A DNA stretch of 64,000 nucleotides, taken from NCBI GenBank assembly GCA_046052125.1, contig JBJOMY010000002.1:192001-256000 (forward strand). The letters run 5' to 3'. The stretch comes from Cyanobacteriota bacterium (lineage in GTDB: Bacteria > Cyanobacteriota > Cyanobacteriia > PCC-6307 > Cyanobiaceae). Shown piece after piece: positions 34,053 to 43,757 of the stretch. Below the pieces are notes generated by a model. It had not been told where the DNA came from, did not search any database, and saw only the letters and a program-made list of their open reading frames with translations. Made by a program: the position numbers and the translations under genes. The first letter of the stretch is position 1, and each line of letters opens with the position of its first letter.

Positions 34053-34724
34053 ATGGCCGCCGCTGATCACCTGCAGGTGCCGCGCCAGCACGGCCTGTTC
34101 AACCACCACGGCATCGACCTAGGCGACGGCACGGTGGCCCACTACCTCGAAGGGCGCGCGATCCTGCGCAGTCCGCTGGAGGAGTTCAGCCGGGGCCAGC
34201 CCCTCAGCGTGGTGGCCTACAACCCAGACGACTGCTCAGCGCCGCGGGTGACCCTGCGGCGGGCGATGAGCCGGCTGGGGGAGCAGAACTACAACCTGCT
34301 GTTCAACAACTGCGAGCACTTCGCCCACTGGTGCAAAACCGGGCGGCACCGCAGTGAGCAGGTGGAGAACTGGCTCCACACCGGCAGCCTCGGGGCCCTG
34401 GCCATGGGCCAGTTCGTGCCAGCTGCCGTGCTCACCGGCGCCCGTGTGCTGCTGCGCCAGGGTCTGCGGCTCAACGATGCGCAGCTGGAGAAGGGCAAGG
34501 CTCTCGCCCGGCGCAGCATCGAACAGCTCGATGGCCTGCGGCTGAAACTGCAGAACCGGCTTGAGCAGGAGCTGGCGCGAGCGGAACAGCGCTGGAGCCA
34601 GGGGGAGCAGCAAAGCCAGGGCTTCGAAACGCTGCGGCTGGCCGCGCAGAAGCTGGCGGATCAGCTCAGCGAGGTGGAAGAGCTTGAAGCCAAGCTGGAG
34701 CGCATGCTCGAGAGCGGCCAGTAG
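34053..34724 (+). CDS. LRAT/NlpC-P60 (lecithin:retinol acyltransferase-like) protein
   Basis: HHGI, VAHY and YNLLFNNCEHF motifs; C-terminal coiled coil. Confidence 0.88.
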   Translation: MAAADHLQVPRQHGLFNHHGIDLGDGTVAHYLEGRAILRSPLEEFSRGQPLSVVAYNPDDCSAPRVTLRRAMSRLGEQNYNLLFNNCEHFAHWCKTGRHRSEQVENWLHTGSLGALAMGQFVPAAVLTGARVLLRQGLRLNDAQLEKGKALARRSIEQLDGLRLKLQNRLEQELARAEQRWSQGEQQSQGFETLRLAAQKLADQLSEVEELEAKLERMLESGQ

Positions 34725-34733
34725 CCTCCAGCC

Positions 34734-36602
34734 ATGCCGGCCGCCTACCAGCCCCTCCACCACAAGTACCGCCCCCAGCGCTTCGACCAGCTGGTGGGGC
34801 AGGAAGCGATTGCGGCCACCCTCGGCAATGCGCTGCGCTCCGGGCGGATCGCACCGGCCTACCTGTTCAGCGGCCCGCGCGGCACCGGCAAAACCTCCAG
34901 CGCCCGCATCCTGGCGCGCTCCCTCAACTGCATCGGCTCCGAAGGCCCCACACCGGAGCCCTGCGGCACCTGTGAGCTGTGCACCTCGATCGCCAACGGC
35001 AACGCCCTCGATGTGATCGAGATCGACGCCGCCTCCAACACCGGCGTGGACAACATCCGCGAGCTGATCGAGCGCTCCCGCTTTGCGCCCGTTCAGGCCC
35101 GCTGGAAGGTGTATGTGGTGGACGAGTGCCACATGCTCTCCACTGCGGCGTTCAACGCCCTGCTCAAAACCCTGGAGGAGCCACCGCCGCGGGTGGTGTT
35201 TGTGCTGGCCACCACCGACCCCCAGCGGGTGCTGCCCACGATCCTCAGCCGTTGCCAGCGCTTCGACTTCCGGCGCATCCCGCTGGAGGCCCTGGAGCAG
35301 CACCTGGCCTGGATCGCCGAGCAGGAGCAGATCGGGATCAGCCCCGAAGCCCTGCATGTGGTGGCCCAGCGGGCCCAGGGCGGCTTGCGCGATGCGGAGA
35401 GCCTGCTGGATCAACTGAGCCTGCTGCCGCCGCCGGTGGAGCCCCAGGCGGTGTGGGAGCTGCTGGGCGCGGTGCCGGAGCAGGAGCTGCTGCACCTGGC
35501 CGAATCCCTGGCCGCCGGTGAACCGCTCGGGCTGATCGAGGCGATCCGCACCCTGCTGGAGCGCGGGCGCGAACCATCCGCTGTGCTGCAGGGCCTGGCC
35601 GGTCTGCTCCGGGATTTGGTGCTGGCTGGTGTGGCGTCCGATCGCCTCGAGCTCACGAGCTTTTCGCCTCAGTTCCGCACCGCATTGCCAGAGCTGGCCA
35701 GGCGCATCGGCAAGGCGCCGCTGCTGCGCTGGCAGGCCCAGCTGAAAGGCAGCGAGCAGCAATTGCGACAAAGCGTGCAGCCGCGGCTGTGGCTGGAAGT
35801 GCTGTTGCTCGGCCTACTGGCGGAGCCTCAGGCCCGCTCCGCAGCGCCGGCAGCAATGGCCACATCGGCAACCGTGGCCGCACCAGTGGCCGCTGCCGCT
35901 CCCCTCACCCCTGCCACACCGTCATCCGCGCCCCCCGCTGCCGTGGCACCAGCACCGGCCGCAGCGGCCCCTGCTCCAGCGACACCCAAGCCAGAACCCA
36001 TCCGCGAGCCCGCGCCTGAACCTGCTGTTGCAGCCACCCCCGCTGGCCCCGACCTAACGGAGCTCTGGCAGCAGATCCTGGCGGGCCTGGAGCTGCCCTC
36101 CACCCGCATGCTGCTCTCCCAGCAGGCCGTTTTGGCACGCCTGGATCAGCAGCGAGCGGTGATTCAGGTGACGGGCAACTGGATGGCCATGGTGCAGAGC
36201 CGCTTGCCCTTGCTGGAGAAGGCCGTCACAGCAGCGCTGGGCAGCCCTCGCCAGGTGATGCTCGAGGCGGGCGGTGCTCCGCCGCCCGTGGCCGCAGCGC
36301 CGGAACGCCCGGCTCCGCTCCCTGCCGTTGCAGCGCCGGTGGCCCCCGCCACACCAACCGCCCCCACACCAGCAGCCGCGGCGCCGGAAGCGGAAGTCGC
36401 CAACTCTCAGACCAGTGCGCCAGCCGTGGCCACACCGGCAACCGTGGCCGCTCCCAAGCCAGCCGTGCAGCCCCCCGCGCAGCCAGCCCTGATCGACGAT
36501 CAAGCCAAGCGACTAGCCGACTTTTTCAACGGCGAGGTGGTGCAGCTCGATGGCCCCCTGCCTGAACTGGATCTTGAGGCGAGCAGCGATCAGGCCGCCT
36601 GA
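34734..36602 (+). CDS. dnaX: DNA polymerase III subunit gamma/tau
   Basis: KYRPQ, GPRGTGKT, EIDAAS, DECHML and SRC motifs; Pro/Ala-rich linkers. Confidence 0.97.
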   Translation: MPAAYQPLHHKYRPQRFDQLVGQEAIAATLGNALRSGRIAPAYLFSGPRGTGKTSSARILARSLNCIGSEGPTPEPCGTCELCTSIANGNALDVIEIDAASNTGVDNIRELIERSRFAPVQARWKVYVVDECHMLSTAAFNALLKTLEEPPPRVVFVLATTDPQRVLPTILSRCQRFDFRRIPLEALEQHLAWIAEQEQIGISPEALHVVAQRAQGGLRDAESLLDQLSLLPPPVEPQAVWELLGAVPEQELLHLAESLAAGEPLGLIEAIRTLLERGREPSAVLQGLAGLLRDLVLAGVASDRLELTSFSPQFRTALPELARRIGKAPLLRWQAQLKGSEQQLRQSVQPRLWLEVLLLGLLAEPQARSAAPAAMATSATVAAPVAAAAPLTPATPSSAPPAAVAPAPAAAAPAPATPKPEPIREPAPEPAVAATPAGPDLTELWQQILAGLELPSTRMLLSQQAVLARLDQQRAVIQVTGNWMAMVQSRLPLLEKAVTAALGSPRQVMLEAGGAPPPVAAAPERPAPLPAVAAPVAPATPTAPTPAAAAPEAEVANSQTSAPAVATPATVAAPKPAVQPPAQPALIDDQAKRLADFFNGEVVQLDGPLPELDLEASSDQAA

Positions 36603-36635
36603 GCCCGATCCCGCCTGAGTGGACAGCACCTGGGC

Positions 36636-37985
36636 TCAGAGCACCTGGGTGGTGAGATCCGATTCATCCGCCGGCAGGTCATCACCCTCACCCACGTGCA
36701 AGGTCTTGGCCCACACCAGGCGCTTGGGCAACAAAGCCATCCGCAGGGTGGTGTAGGGAATCACCACGAACCAATGGCCCAGATAGGCGATCCCCAGAGC
36801 CAAGTTGAGCGGGTGCATGGCCGGCAGCGCCGGCCCTTCGCTGGAGCGGCGACAGCCCACCAGGATGGCGCCGCCAGACAGCCCGAAGGCCACAAACGAC
36901 AGCGGCCACATCAGCGGTGAGCTGCGGCTGAGCAGGCTGGTGAGTAGATCAGCCGCGGCCATCACCGGCAGCACGTACTGCAGCAGGAAAAAGCCGGTGA
37001 GATCGAGCTTGTGAGCTCCGCTGGTGGCTCTGCCGGTGAGCTCAGGCCAGTAGTCGAAAAAGCGCTGCAGGCCTCCTTCGGCCCAGCGCTGGCGCTGGCG
37101 CCACAGGCCAGCCAGGCTCGTGACCGCCTCCTCCTGAATCGGGGGATCCCAGAGCAAAGCAACCGGCTGGCCTTGCACCAAGAGGCGGAAACTGAGGTCA
37201 AGATCGTCGGTGACCGTGGCTTCGTTGAAGCCATCGCAGGCCAGAACAGCCTGGCGTTGCAGCAGCTGACCATTGCCGCGCAGCTCCACCACGCCGCCAC
37301 TGCGCAAGCGCCCCTGCTGAATCACCGCATCGAGGGCCATTTCCATGGCCTGAGCGCGGGTGAGCCAGTTGTGATCGGCATTCACCACGGCCTTGCGCAG
37401 CTGCACCGCCGACCAGCCGCCCTGCTCGGCGAAGGCCACAAGCCGCTGCAGGCCATCCGGCTGGAACTGGGCATCGGCATCGAGCACCAGTAGCCAACGC
37501 CCCTGCAGTTGGGGCAACAACGCATTTAAGGCACCCGACTTCCCACCACCGGCATCGCGGCTGCGGCGCAGCACCTGCAGCTGCGGGTAACGGCGCTGAT
37601 AGCTCTCGAGCACCTGCGGGGTGCGATCTTCACTGCCGTCATCGATCACCCAGAGCCGCAGCTGATCCGCCGGATAGGTGAGCTCCGCCAGCCGCTCCAC
37701 CAAGCGCCCGATCACCGCCTGTTCATCCCGGGCGGCCACCACCAGATCCACGGCGGGCCAATCGCTCAGCGCATCGCTCCCGGCAGGTGTGGCGCCGCTC
37801 CGCAACAACGGCCAGAAAACAACCCGCAGCGCGTAAGCGCCGAGCAGGACCGTGAGCGCCAGCGCCGGCCACAGACTCCGGTCTGCTGGCAACCCATGGG
37901 GAGCTGCTCCAGCTGCACAACAGCAGATCAGGAACAGTGAGGCCTGCAATCGGCGGGCTCCTGTGGCTGTGCCCCCAGAGGCCAT
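36636..37985 (-). CDS. GT2 glycosyltransferase, probable monoglucosyldiacylglycerol synthase (MgdA-like)
   Basis: DDGS, GKSGALN, DAD, TDD and QRQRWAEGG motifs with flanking TM segments. Confidence 0.8.
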   Translation of the reverse strand: MASGGTATGARRLQASLFLICCCAAGAAPHGLPADRSLWPALALTVLLGAYALRVVFWPLLRSGATPAGSDALSDWPAVDLVVAARDEQAVIGRLVERLAELTYPADQLRLWVIDDGSEDRTPQVLESYQRRYPQLQVLRRSRDAGGGKSGALNALLPQLQGRWLLVLDADAQFQPDGLQRLVAFAEQGGWSAVQLRKAVVNADHNWLTRAQAMEMALDAVIQQGRLRSGGVVELRGNGQLLQRQAVLACDGFNEATVTDDLDLSFRLLVQGQPVALLWDPPIQEEAVTSLAGLWRQRQRWAEGGLQRFFDYWPELTGRATSGAHKLDLTGFFLLQYVLPVMAAADLLTSLLSRSSPLMWPLSFVAFGLSGGAILVGCRRSSEGPALPAMHPLNLALGIAYLGHWFVVIPYTTLRMALLPKRLVWAKTLHVGEGDDLPADESDLTTQVL

Positions 37986-38034
37986 GGCGTGTTCCAGGTG
38001 AAGGAACTCTAAAGGGCTCCGCTGTGGGCCTTTC

Positions 38035-39531
38035 TCAAGGGGCCGGCGTCAGCGATTGGATCGGCACCAGGCGGGCACCGGGGTAGTAGCGACCGAGAAT
38101 CTGATCCAGTCCCCAGCCACGGCCCGCCAGCTCGATCGCCCCCGCCTGCGAGAGCCCGGCCCCATGGCCGAAACCACCACCCACCACGCTCCAGTGGCCT
38201 GGGCCGGCGGGGTTCAGAAGAAAGAGCGTGCTGGGCAGCTGGCGGTAGGTGCGGCGGATGGCATCGCGCTCGAGCACCACACGGCCCCGGGGGCCCTCGA
38301 TCGCCAGGCGGACCACCCGGCCACTGGGGCCCCGCTCCAGCACCACGGGTTTGAGCGGTGCCCCCAGGCTGGCGGCACGCGCTCCGAGGCCCTCGCGAAG
38401 CTGGGCCTGATCAAGCTCACGGCGCCAACGGAAGCGGGGATGGGACGCACCCACCACCCCGGAACGACGAGCCAACAAGGGCGCCAGTTCCGAGGTGTCG
38501 AGCGGCAAGGACAACCCCTGAGGGGTTGCGCTAAGCAGATCCAACGCCGGCTCGAGATAGCCGAGCTCCGGCAGGGGCCAGGCTTCATCCTCATCAGCAC
38601 TCACGCCTCCATTACTGGCGTGATACACCGCATGGATCGGTTGGCCATCGGCGGCCAGCACCCGGCCGGCCGTGCTGCTCACCGCCTGGCGCACAGCAGC
38701 GCTCGCCTCGCGGGGATCGCTGTACACCTGGCACTGGGTGTCGGAGCAGAGGTGGTAGCCATCCACCGCGAAGCGATGCTGATTGCGCAGCGCCCAGGTG
38801 CGGGCGAGCACCGCCTGGACCGCCAACGCGGCTGGCGGTGAGCCGGCACCGATCTCATGGGGCACGACCCCTTGGAGATAGCGCTCAAGCGGCACCTGCT
38901 CCACCAGGGTCCAGCTGCCGTAGGCATCCCCCTGCAGCCGGAACGGCCCCGCGAACACACCACCCCTGAAACGCAAGCCACCGGGTGCCTGGATCTGAAG
39001 GGGACCCTCCAGGGATCGCCAGCCGCTGGACGTTTTGAGCTGGGGCACCCGGGTGTCGTTCAGCCGCTGCTCCAGTTGCCGGGCGGTCGAACCAGCCGGG
39101 GCGGGCACGCCGGCAGGCGCCCAGACCTCCCAATCGCGGGGGTGGGCCACCTCCGCCTTCACGCCCTCACGGCGCCAGGCCAGGGCCGCCTGCTCCGCCG
39201 CTTCAAAACTGGCGAAGGGGCCGAGCAACTGGCGCTGGATCTGCACCGGGCTGGGCAGGGGCTGCGTCGCCCAGCGCAGCTGCAGGCGCTGGGCACTGAA
39301 GCGTGCACCCCGGGCATCCACCAGCTGGAGCGGAGCCGATGCTCCCTCCAACAGCAGCGGTTCTGCCCCCAGGTGGGCCGCCAGCGACACCCACAACACC
39401 GGCTGACGGCCCGCCACTGCCGGAGGCGTCGGCACGGGCAAGCGGGTCAGCGATTCCGCCCCGACGCCTTGGCAGCCGGCCGTGAACACCGCCATCGAGA
39501 CCAGGGCGGACAGCACTCGGGCAGCAGCCAT
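38035..39531 (-). CDS. SpoIID/LytB domain lytic transglycosylase (lipoprotein)
   Basis: YLQGVVPHEI, QAVLARTW, CQVY and GFGHGAGLSQ motifs; lipobox TAGC. Confidence 0.92.
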   Translation of the reverse strand: MAAARVLSALVSMAVFTAGCQGVGAESLTRLPVPTPPAVAGRQPVLWVSLAAHLGAEPLLLEGASAPLQLVDARGARFSAQRLQLRWATQPLPSPVQIQRQLLGPFASFEAAEQAALAWRREGVKAEVAHPRDWEVWAPAGVPAPAGSTARQLEQRLNDTRVPQLKTSSGWRSLEGPLQIQAPGGLRFRGGVFAGPFRLQGDAYGSWTLVEQVPLERYLQGVVPHEIGAGSPPAALAVQAVLARTWALRNQHRFAVDGYHLCSDTQCQVYSDPREASAAVRQAVSSTAGRVLAADGQPIHAVYHASNGGVSADEDEAWPLPELGYLEPALDLLSATPQGLSLPLDTSELAPLLARRSGVVGASHPRFRWRRELDQAQLREGLGARAASLGAPLKPVVLERGPSGRVVRLAIEGPRGRVVLERDAIRRTYRQLPSTLFLLNPAGPGHWSVVGGGFGHGAGLSQAGAIELAGRGWGLDQILGRYYPGARLVPIQSLTPAP

Positions 39532-39624
39532 CGCATCAACTGAGGCGCAGGCTTGACCCTAGGGGGAGTTGGCGGAAGGGACTCCCAGGTCGTACCCTCA
39601 TTGTTTGTGCCCGAGCCCGTAGAC

Positions 39625-39822
39625 ATGCCGAAGCTCAAGACCCGCAAAGCAGCCGCCAAGCGGTTCAAAGCCACCGGCAGCGGAAAGTTCATGCGCCGCC
39701 ACGCTTTCCGCAATCACCTGCTCGACCACAAGAGCCCGAAGCGCAAGCGTTTCCTCGGCACCATGGCCGTGGTTGACGAGCGCGACGCGGACAACGTGCG
39801 CGCCATGCTCCCCTACAGCTGA
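39625..39822 (+). CDS. rpmI: 50S ribosomal protein L35
   Basis: [15 protein letters not shown]. Confidence 0.98.
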   Translation: MPKLKTRKAAAKRFKATGSGKFMRRHAFRNHLLDHKSPKRKRFLGTMAVVDERDADNVRAMLPYS

Positions 39823-39867
39823 ATCGCCCGGCTGACCCGCTGTTTCACCGTTTTCTGAGAACCATCG

Positions 39868-40215
39868 ATGGCACGCGTTAAGAGGGGCAACGTTGCCCGT
39901 AAGCGCCGCAACAAAATTCTTCGCCTAGCCCGCGGCTTCCGCGGCGGTAACGGCTCGCTGTTCCGCACCGCCAACCAGCGGGTGATGAAGGCCCTCTGCA
40001 ACGCGTACCGCGATCGTCGCCGCCGCAAGCGCGACTTCCGTCGTCTGTGGATTGCCCGCATCAACGCTGCAGCTCGCCTGAACGGCCTGAGCTACAGCCG
40101 TCTGATCGGCGGCCTCAAGAAGGCTGATGTGCAGCTGAACCGCAAGATGCTTGCCCAGCTCGCCGTGGTGGATCCCAGCAGCTTCACCGCTGTGGTGAGC
40201 ACCGCCAAGAGCTGA
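39868..40215 (+). CDS. rplT: 50S ribosomal protein L20
   Basis: MARVKRG and [12 protein letters not shown]. Confidence 0.99.
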   Translation: MARVKRGNVARKRRNKILRLARGFRGGNGSLFRTANQRVMKALCNAYRDRRRRKRDFRRLWIARINAAARLNGLSYSRLIGGLKKADVQLNRKMLAQLAVVDPSSFTAVVSTAKS

Positions 40216-40254
40216 TCGTTACTCTCTGACTGCGTTGCCTGGTCGGGTTGGTTG

Positions 40255-40785
40255 ATGGATTTTTCACTTCCTCAGGCCTACCTGATCGGGCTGTTGGTGA
40301 TCCTTGGCGCAGCTGCTGTTGTGGTGGCGCGCCAGATCCTGCGGGTGCGGCGTGATGAGATCGCCCTGATCCGGCTGGAAACCTCCAGCAAGTCGGGCGA
40401 ACAAACAGCAGCCGACCTCTATGAGCTGGCTTCCGTGCAGCTGCGCAAGCGCCTGTACAACCAAGCCGCCGACAATCTCAAGCAAGCCAGCAAGTGTTCC
40501 GCTGGCGAGCCCCCTGAAGCCCAGGCGTTGATTGAAAACGCGCTGGGTTTTGCTTTGGCCGCGCAGAACAACTACAGCGCCGCCATCAAGCACTACCGCA
40601 CAGCCCTGCGCGCCAAGGCCGACTATCCGGTGGCGCTGAACAACTTGGCCTTTGCCCTCGAGAAGCAGCAAAAGCCCGAGGAAGCCAAGGAGACCTACCT
40701 CAAAGTGCTCGAGCTGGACAGCGGCAACAGCACCGCCAAAAAACGCCTCAAACGGTTAGAGCGTTTGGAGAGCACAGCAGCCTGA
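40255..40785 (+). CDS. ycf37: TPR membrane protein, Ycf37/Pyg7-like (PSI assembly)
   Basis: N-terminal TM plus three TPR repeats (YELAS, NALGF, ALNNLA); lies downstream of rplT. Confidence 0.75.
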   Translation: MDFSLPQAYLIGLLVILGAAAVVVARQILRVRRDEIALIRLETSSKSGEQTAADLYELASVQLRKRLYNQAADNLKQASKCSAGEPPEAQALIENALGFALAAQNNYSAAIKHYRTALRAKADYPVALNNLAFALEKQQKPEEAKETYLKVLELDSGNSTAKKRLKRLERLESTAA

Positions 40786-40812
40786 ACACCAGGCTGCTGT
40801 GCATCAATTCAC

Positions 40813-41340
40813 TCACCAGAGGCCGCGAACGGCAGGAGAAGTAGCAGTGCCGCTGCCCACGGGATTCAGCACCAACTGACCGCCCGCATTGGTGAGCCGC
40901 GGTGCCGACCAGCCAGCGAGGCTGAAGCCCTGCAGGCCAAGAAACAAGCCGCCATCCTCCAGGCCAGCTGCACTCGCATCACCGAGCAGCAGCAGATCGA
41001 GCTGGTCGGAGTTGGCGTTGAGATTGCCCTGCACCGGCAGGGTGGTGGAGCCCACGGTGATCTGACCGCGCAGATCCACCATCTGACCAAGCGCCGTGGC
41101 TGAAGCCAGATCCAATTGCACGCTCACCGGCGCAGCGTTGCTGAAGGCCTGATAGGTGCCGCTCCACTGGCGGGGCATCTGGGTGGCGAGCTGGGCAGCA
41201 CGCGCCACGGGATCAAAGGTGCGCACCGGCGCCTGCTGACCAAAGTTTTCAGAGAGCGGAGTGGCAACAGCCGCCGGTTCCTGGAAAGGCACGGCACTGC
41301 CCACGGGCAGGGGCGTCGCAGCCAGCAGCAGCGGAATCAC
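40813..41340 (-). CDS. Hypothetical exported protein
   Basis: 175-aa ORF filling the ycf37-thiG gap; beta-rich composition. Confidence 0.65.
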   Translation of the reverse strand: MIPLLLAATPLPVGSAVPFQEPAAVATPLSENFGQQAPVRTFDPVARAAQLATQMPRQWSGTYQAFSNAAPVSVQLDLASATALGQMVDLRGQITVGSTTLPVQGNLNANSDQLDLLLLGDASAAGLEDGGLFLGLQGFSLAGWSAPRLTNAGGQLVLNPVGSGTATSPAVRGLW

Positions 41341-41413
41341 AGCAGGTCTTTAAAGATGCCCAAGGGTAAGAGGACCGGGGCGATCAGTCAGGACCGCGCG
41401 GTACGTTCGCTGC

Positions 41414-42247
41414 ATGGCCCAATCCGCTGCCGTGACCGCCGCCTCCTCTTCGCCCAACGACCCTTTGGTGATCGGCGGGCGCAGCTTCCGCAGCCGGCTG
41501 ATGACGGGCACCGGCAAATACCCGAGCCTTCAGGCCATGCAGGCCAGCCTGGCCAGCAGCGCCTGCGAGATCGTGACCGTGGCGGTGCGCCGGGTGCAGA
41601 GCCAGGCCGCCGGCCATGAAGGCCTGATGGAAGCGATCGACTGGCAGCGGATCTGGATGCTGCCCAACACGGCTGGTTGCGCCACAGCGGAAGAAGCGAT
41701 TCGGGTGGCGCGGCTTGGCCGCGAGCTCGCCAAGCTGGCCGGCCAAGAGGACAACACCTTCGTGAAGCTGGAGGTGATTCCCGACACCAAGCACCTGCTG
41801 CCTGATCCGATCGGCACCCTGGAAGCAGCTGAACAGCTGGTGAAAGAGGGCTTCACCGTGCTGCCTTACATCAATGCCGATCCGCTCCTGGCCAAACGCC
41901 TCGAGGAGGCCGGCTGCGCCACCGTGATGCCCCTGGGCTCACCGATCGGCTCAGGCCAGGGCATCCGCAATGCCGCCAATATCGCTCTGATCATCGAAAA
42001 CGCCGGCGTGCCGGTGGTGGTGGATGCGGGCTTGGGGGTTCCGAGCGAAGCGGCCCAGGCCATGGAGATGGGCGCCGATGCCCTGCTGATCAACAGCGCC
42101 ATCGCCCTGGCCGGCGATCCGGCGGCGATGGCGCGGGCGATGGCCATGGCCTGTGAAGCCGGTCGCACCGCCTTTCATGCCGGACGCTTACCGATCCGCG
42201 CCGAAGCCAGCCCCAGCTCCCCCACCGCCGGCCGCGTGGGCACGTGA
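41414..42247 (+). CDS. thiG: Thiazole synthase
   Basis: [22 protein letters not shown] and [12 protein letters not shown] motifs. Confidence 0.98.
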   Translation: MAQSAAVTAASSSPNDPLVIGGRSFRSRLMTGTGKYPSLQAMQASLASSACEIVTVAVRRVQSQAAGHEGLMEAIDWQRIWMLPNTAGCATAEEAIRVARLGRELAKLAGQEDNTFVKLEVIPDTKHLLPDPIGTLEAAEQLVKEGFTVLPYINADPLLAKRLEEAGCATVMPLGSPIGSGQGIRNAANIALIIENAGVPVVVDAGLGVPSEAAQAMEMGADALLINSAIALAGDPAAMARAMAMACEAGRTAFHAGRLPIRAEASPSSPTAGRVGT

Positions 42248-42316
42248 AGCTTCTGAACGGGACGATGGCAATTCCGGGAACCGTCCGTACTGTCGTCTGA
42301 ACGACGCGCCACTGCG

Positions 42317-42484
42317 ATGCAGGTCACCGAAGAGGACGGCGGCAGGCTGAACGCCTTCGCCAAGGAGCCCCGGATGGAAGTGATGGGGGTCGGTGAAAGC
42401 AGCGCCAGCAACAGCAAACTGCTCTTGATCGGCGGCGCCGTCCTGGTGCTGCTGATGGTGGGGGTTGCCGTAGGGATCAGCTGA
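42317..42484 (+). CDS. psb34: Ssl1498/Psb34 family PSII assembly protein (55 aa; not in the ORF track)
   Basis: Translated by hand: MQVTEEDGGRLNAFAKEPRMEV...LLLIGGAVLVLLMVGVAVGIS; Hli-like N-terminus plus one TM helix. Confidence 0.85.
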   Translation: MQVTEEDGGRLNAFAKEPRMEVMGVGESSASNSKLLLIGGAVLVLLMVGVAVGIS

Positions 42485-42552
42485 ATCCCTGTAGTAGCTT
42501 GCGTTGACGGAGCGAAGGCTCGCTCAGTCGCTCGCCTAGCAGGAGTCCAGCG

Positions 42553-43746
42553 GTGAAGGTTTTCGTTCTCGGCGGTGACGGCTTCTGCGGCTGGCCCTGC
42601 GCCGTGAACTTGGCCGACCAGGGCCACGATGTGTTGATCGTGGACAACCTGAGCCGCCGCAAGATCGACATTGATCTGGCGGTGGAGTCGCTGACTCCGA
42701 TCGCGACCATGCCCGACCGGCTGCGCGCTTGGGAGCAGACCGGCGGCAAGCCCATGCGCTTCGTGCACATGGACATCGCCCACGAATATCAGCGCCTGCT
42801 GGATCTGCTGCTCGAAGAACGGCCCGACTCGGTGGTGCACTTCGCCGAGCAGCGCGCCGCTCCCTATTCGATGAAGAGCAGCGCCACCAAGCGCTACACC
42901 GTTGATAACAACGTCAACGGCACCCACAACCTCCTGGCCGCCATCGTGGAGAGCGGCCTCGACATCCACGTGGTGCACCTCGGCACCATGGGTGTGTACG
43001 GCTATGGCTCCCACCGCGGCGCCACCATCCCCGAGGGGTACCTCAAGGTGGAAGTGCCCCAGCCCGATGGCAGCCGCTTCGAAGAGGAGATCCTGCACCC
43101 GGCCAGCCCAGGCAGCGTCTATCACATGACCAAGACGCTGGATCAGCTGCTCTTCCTCTATTACAACAAGAACGACAAGGTGCGGATCACGGATCTGCAC
43201 CAGGGCATCGTCTGGGGCACCAACACCGACGCCACCGACCGCGACCCTCGCCTCACCAATCGCTTCGATTACGACGGCGACTACGGCACGGTGCTCAACC
43301 GTTTCCTGATGCAGGCCGCCATCGGATATCCACTCACGGTGCACGGCACCGGCGGTCAGACCCGCGCCTTCATTCACATCCGCGATTCGGTGAAGTGCGT
43401 GCAGCTGGCCCTGGAGAACCCTCCCACCGGCGGTGAGCGGGTGAAGATCTTCAACCAGATGACCGAGAGCCATCAGGTGGGTGAACTGGCCAAGAAGGTG
43501 GCCGCCCTCACCGGTGCTCAGATCAACCATCTGCCGAACCCCCGCAACGAGGCGGTGGAGAACGATCTGATCGTTGACAACCGCTGCTTCATCGAGCTGG
43601 GCCTCAACCCCACCACCCTCGATGACGGCCTGCTCAAGGAAGTGGTGGAGATCGCCGGTCGCTACGCCGATCGCTGCGACCGCAGCCGCATCCCCTGCAT
43701 CTCTGCCTGGACCAAGACCCAGGAAGCGGCCATCCAGGCCGCCTGA
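42553..43746 (+). CDS. sqdB: UDP-sulfoquinovose synthase
   Basis: GGDGFCGW, EQRAAPYSM, GTMGVYG and YHMTK motifs; AGGAG RBS. Confidence 0.96.
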   Translation: MKVFVLGGDGFCGWPCAVNLADQGHDVLIVDNLSRRKIDIDLAVESLTPIATMPDRLRAWEQTGGKPMRFVHMDIAHEYQRLLDLLLEERPDSVVHFAEQRAAPYSMKSSATKRYTVDNNVNGTHNLLAAIVESGLDIHVVHLGTMGVYGYGSHRGATIPEGYLKVEVPQPDGSRFEEEILHPASPGSVYHMTKTLDQLLFLYYNKNDKVRITDLHQGIVWGTNTDATDRDPRLTNRFDYDGDYGTVLNRFLMQAAIGYPLTVHGTGGQTRAFIHIRDSVKCVQLALENPPTGGERVKIFNQMTESHQVGELAKKVAALTGAQINHLPNPRNEAVENDLIVDNRCFIELGLNPTTLDDGLLKEVVEIAGRYADRCDRSRIPCISAWTKTQEAAIQAA

Positions 43747-43757
43747 GGGCCGTTGCC

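Noticed and set aside
34734..36602. Programmed frameshift or intein in dnaX
   Set aside because: No AAAAAAG or long A-run slippery site and no intein motifs; the extra length is Pro/Ala linker
39554..39591. Hairpin GACC..GGGAGT/ACTCCC..GGTC upstream of rpmI as an L20 leader
   Set aside because: It lies upstream of the likely -10 element (TACCCT at 39593), so it is probably not in the rpmI mRNA, and no L20-leader features were recognised
41341..41413. TPP riboswitch before thiG, or cobalamin riboswitch before cbiD (50517-50617)
   Set aside because: The spacers are short, are shared with divergent genes, and lack recognisable core motifs
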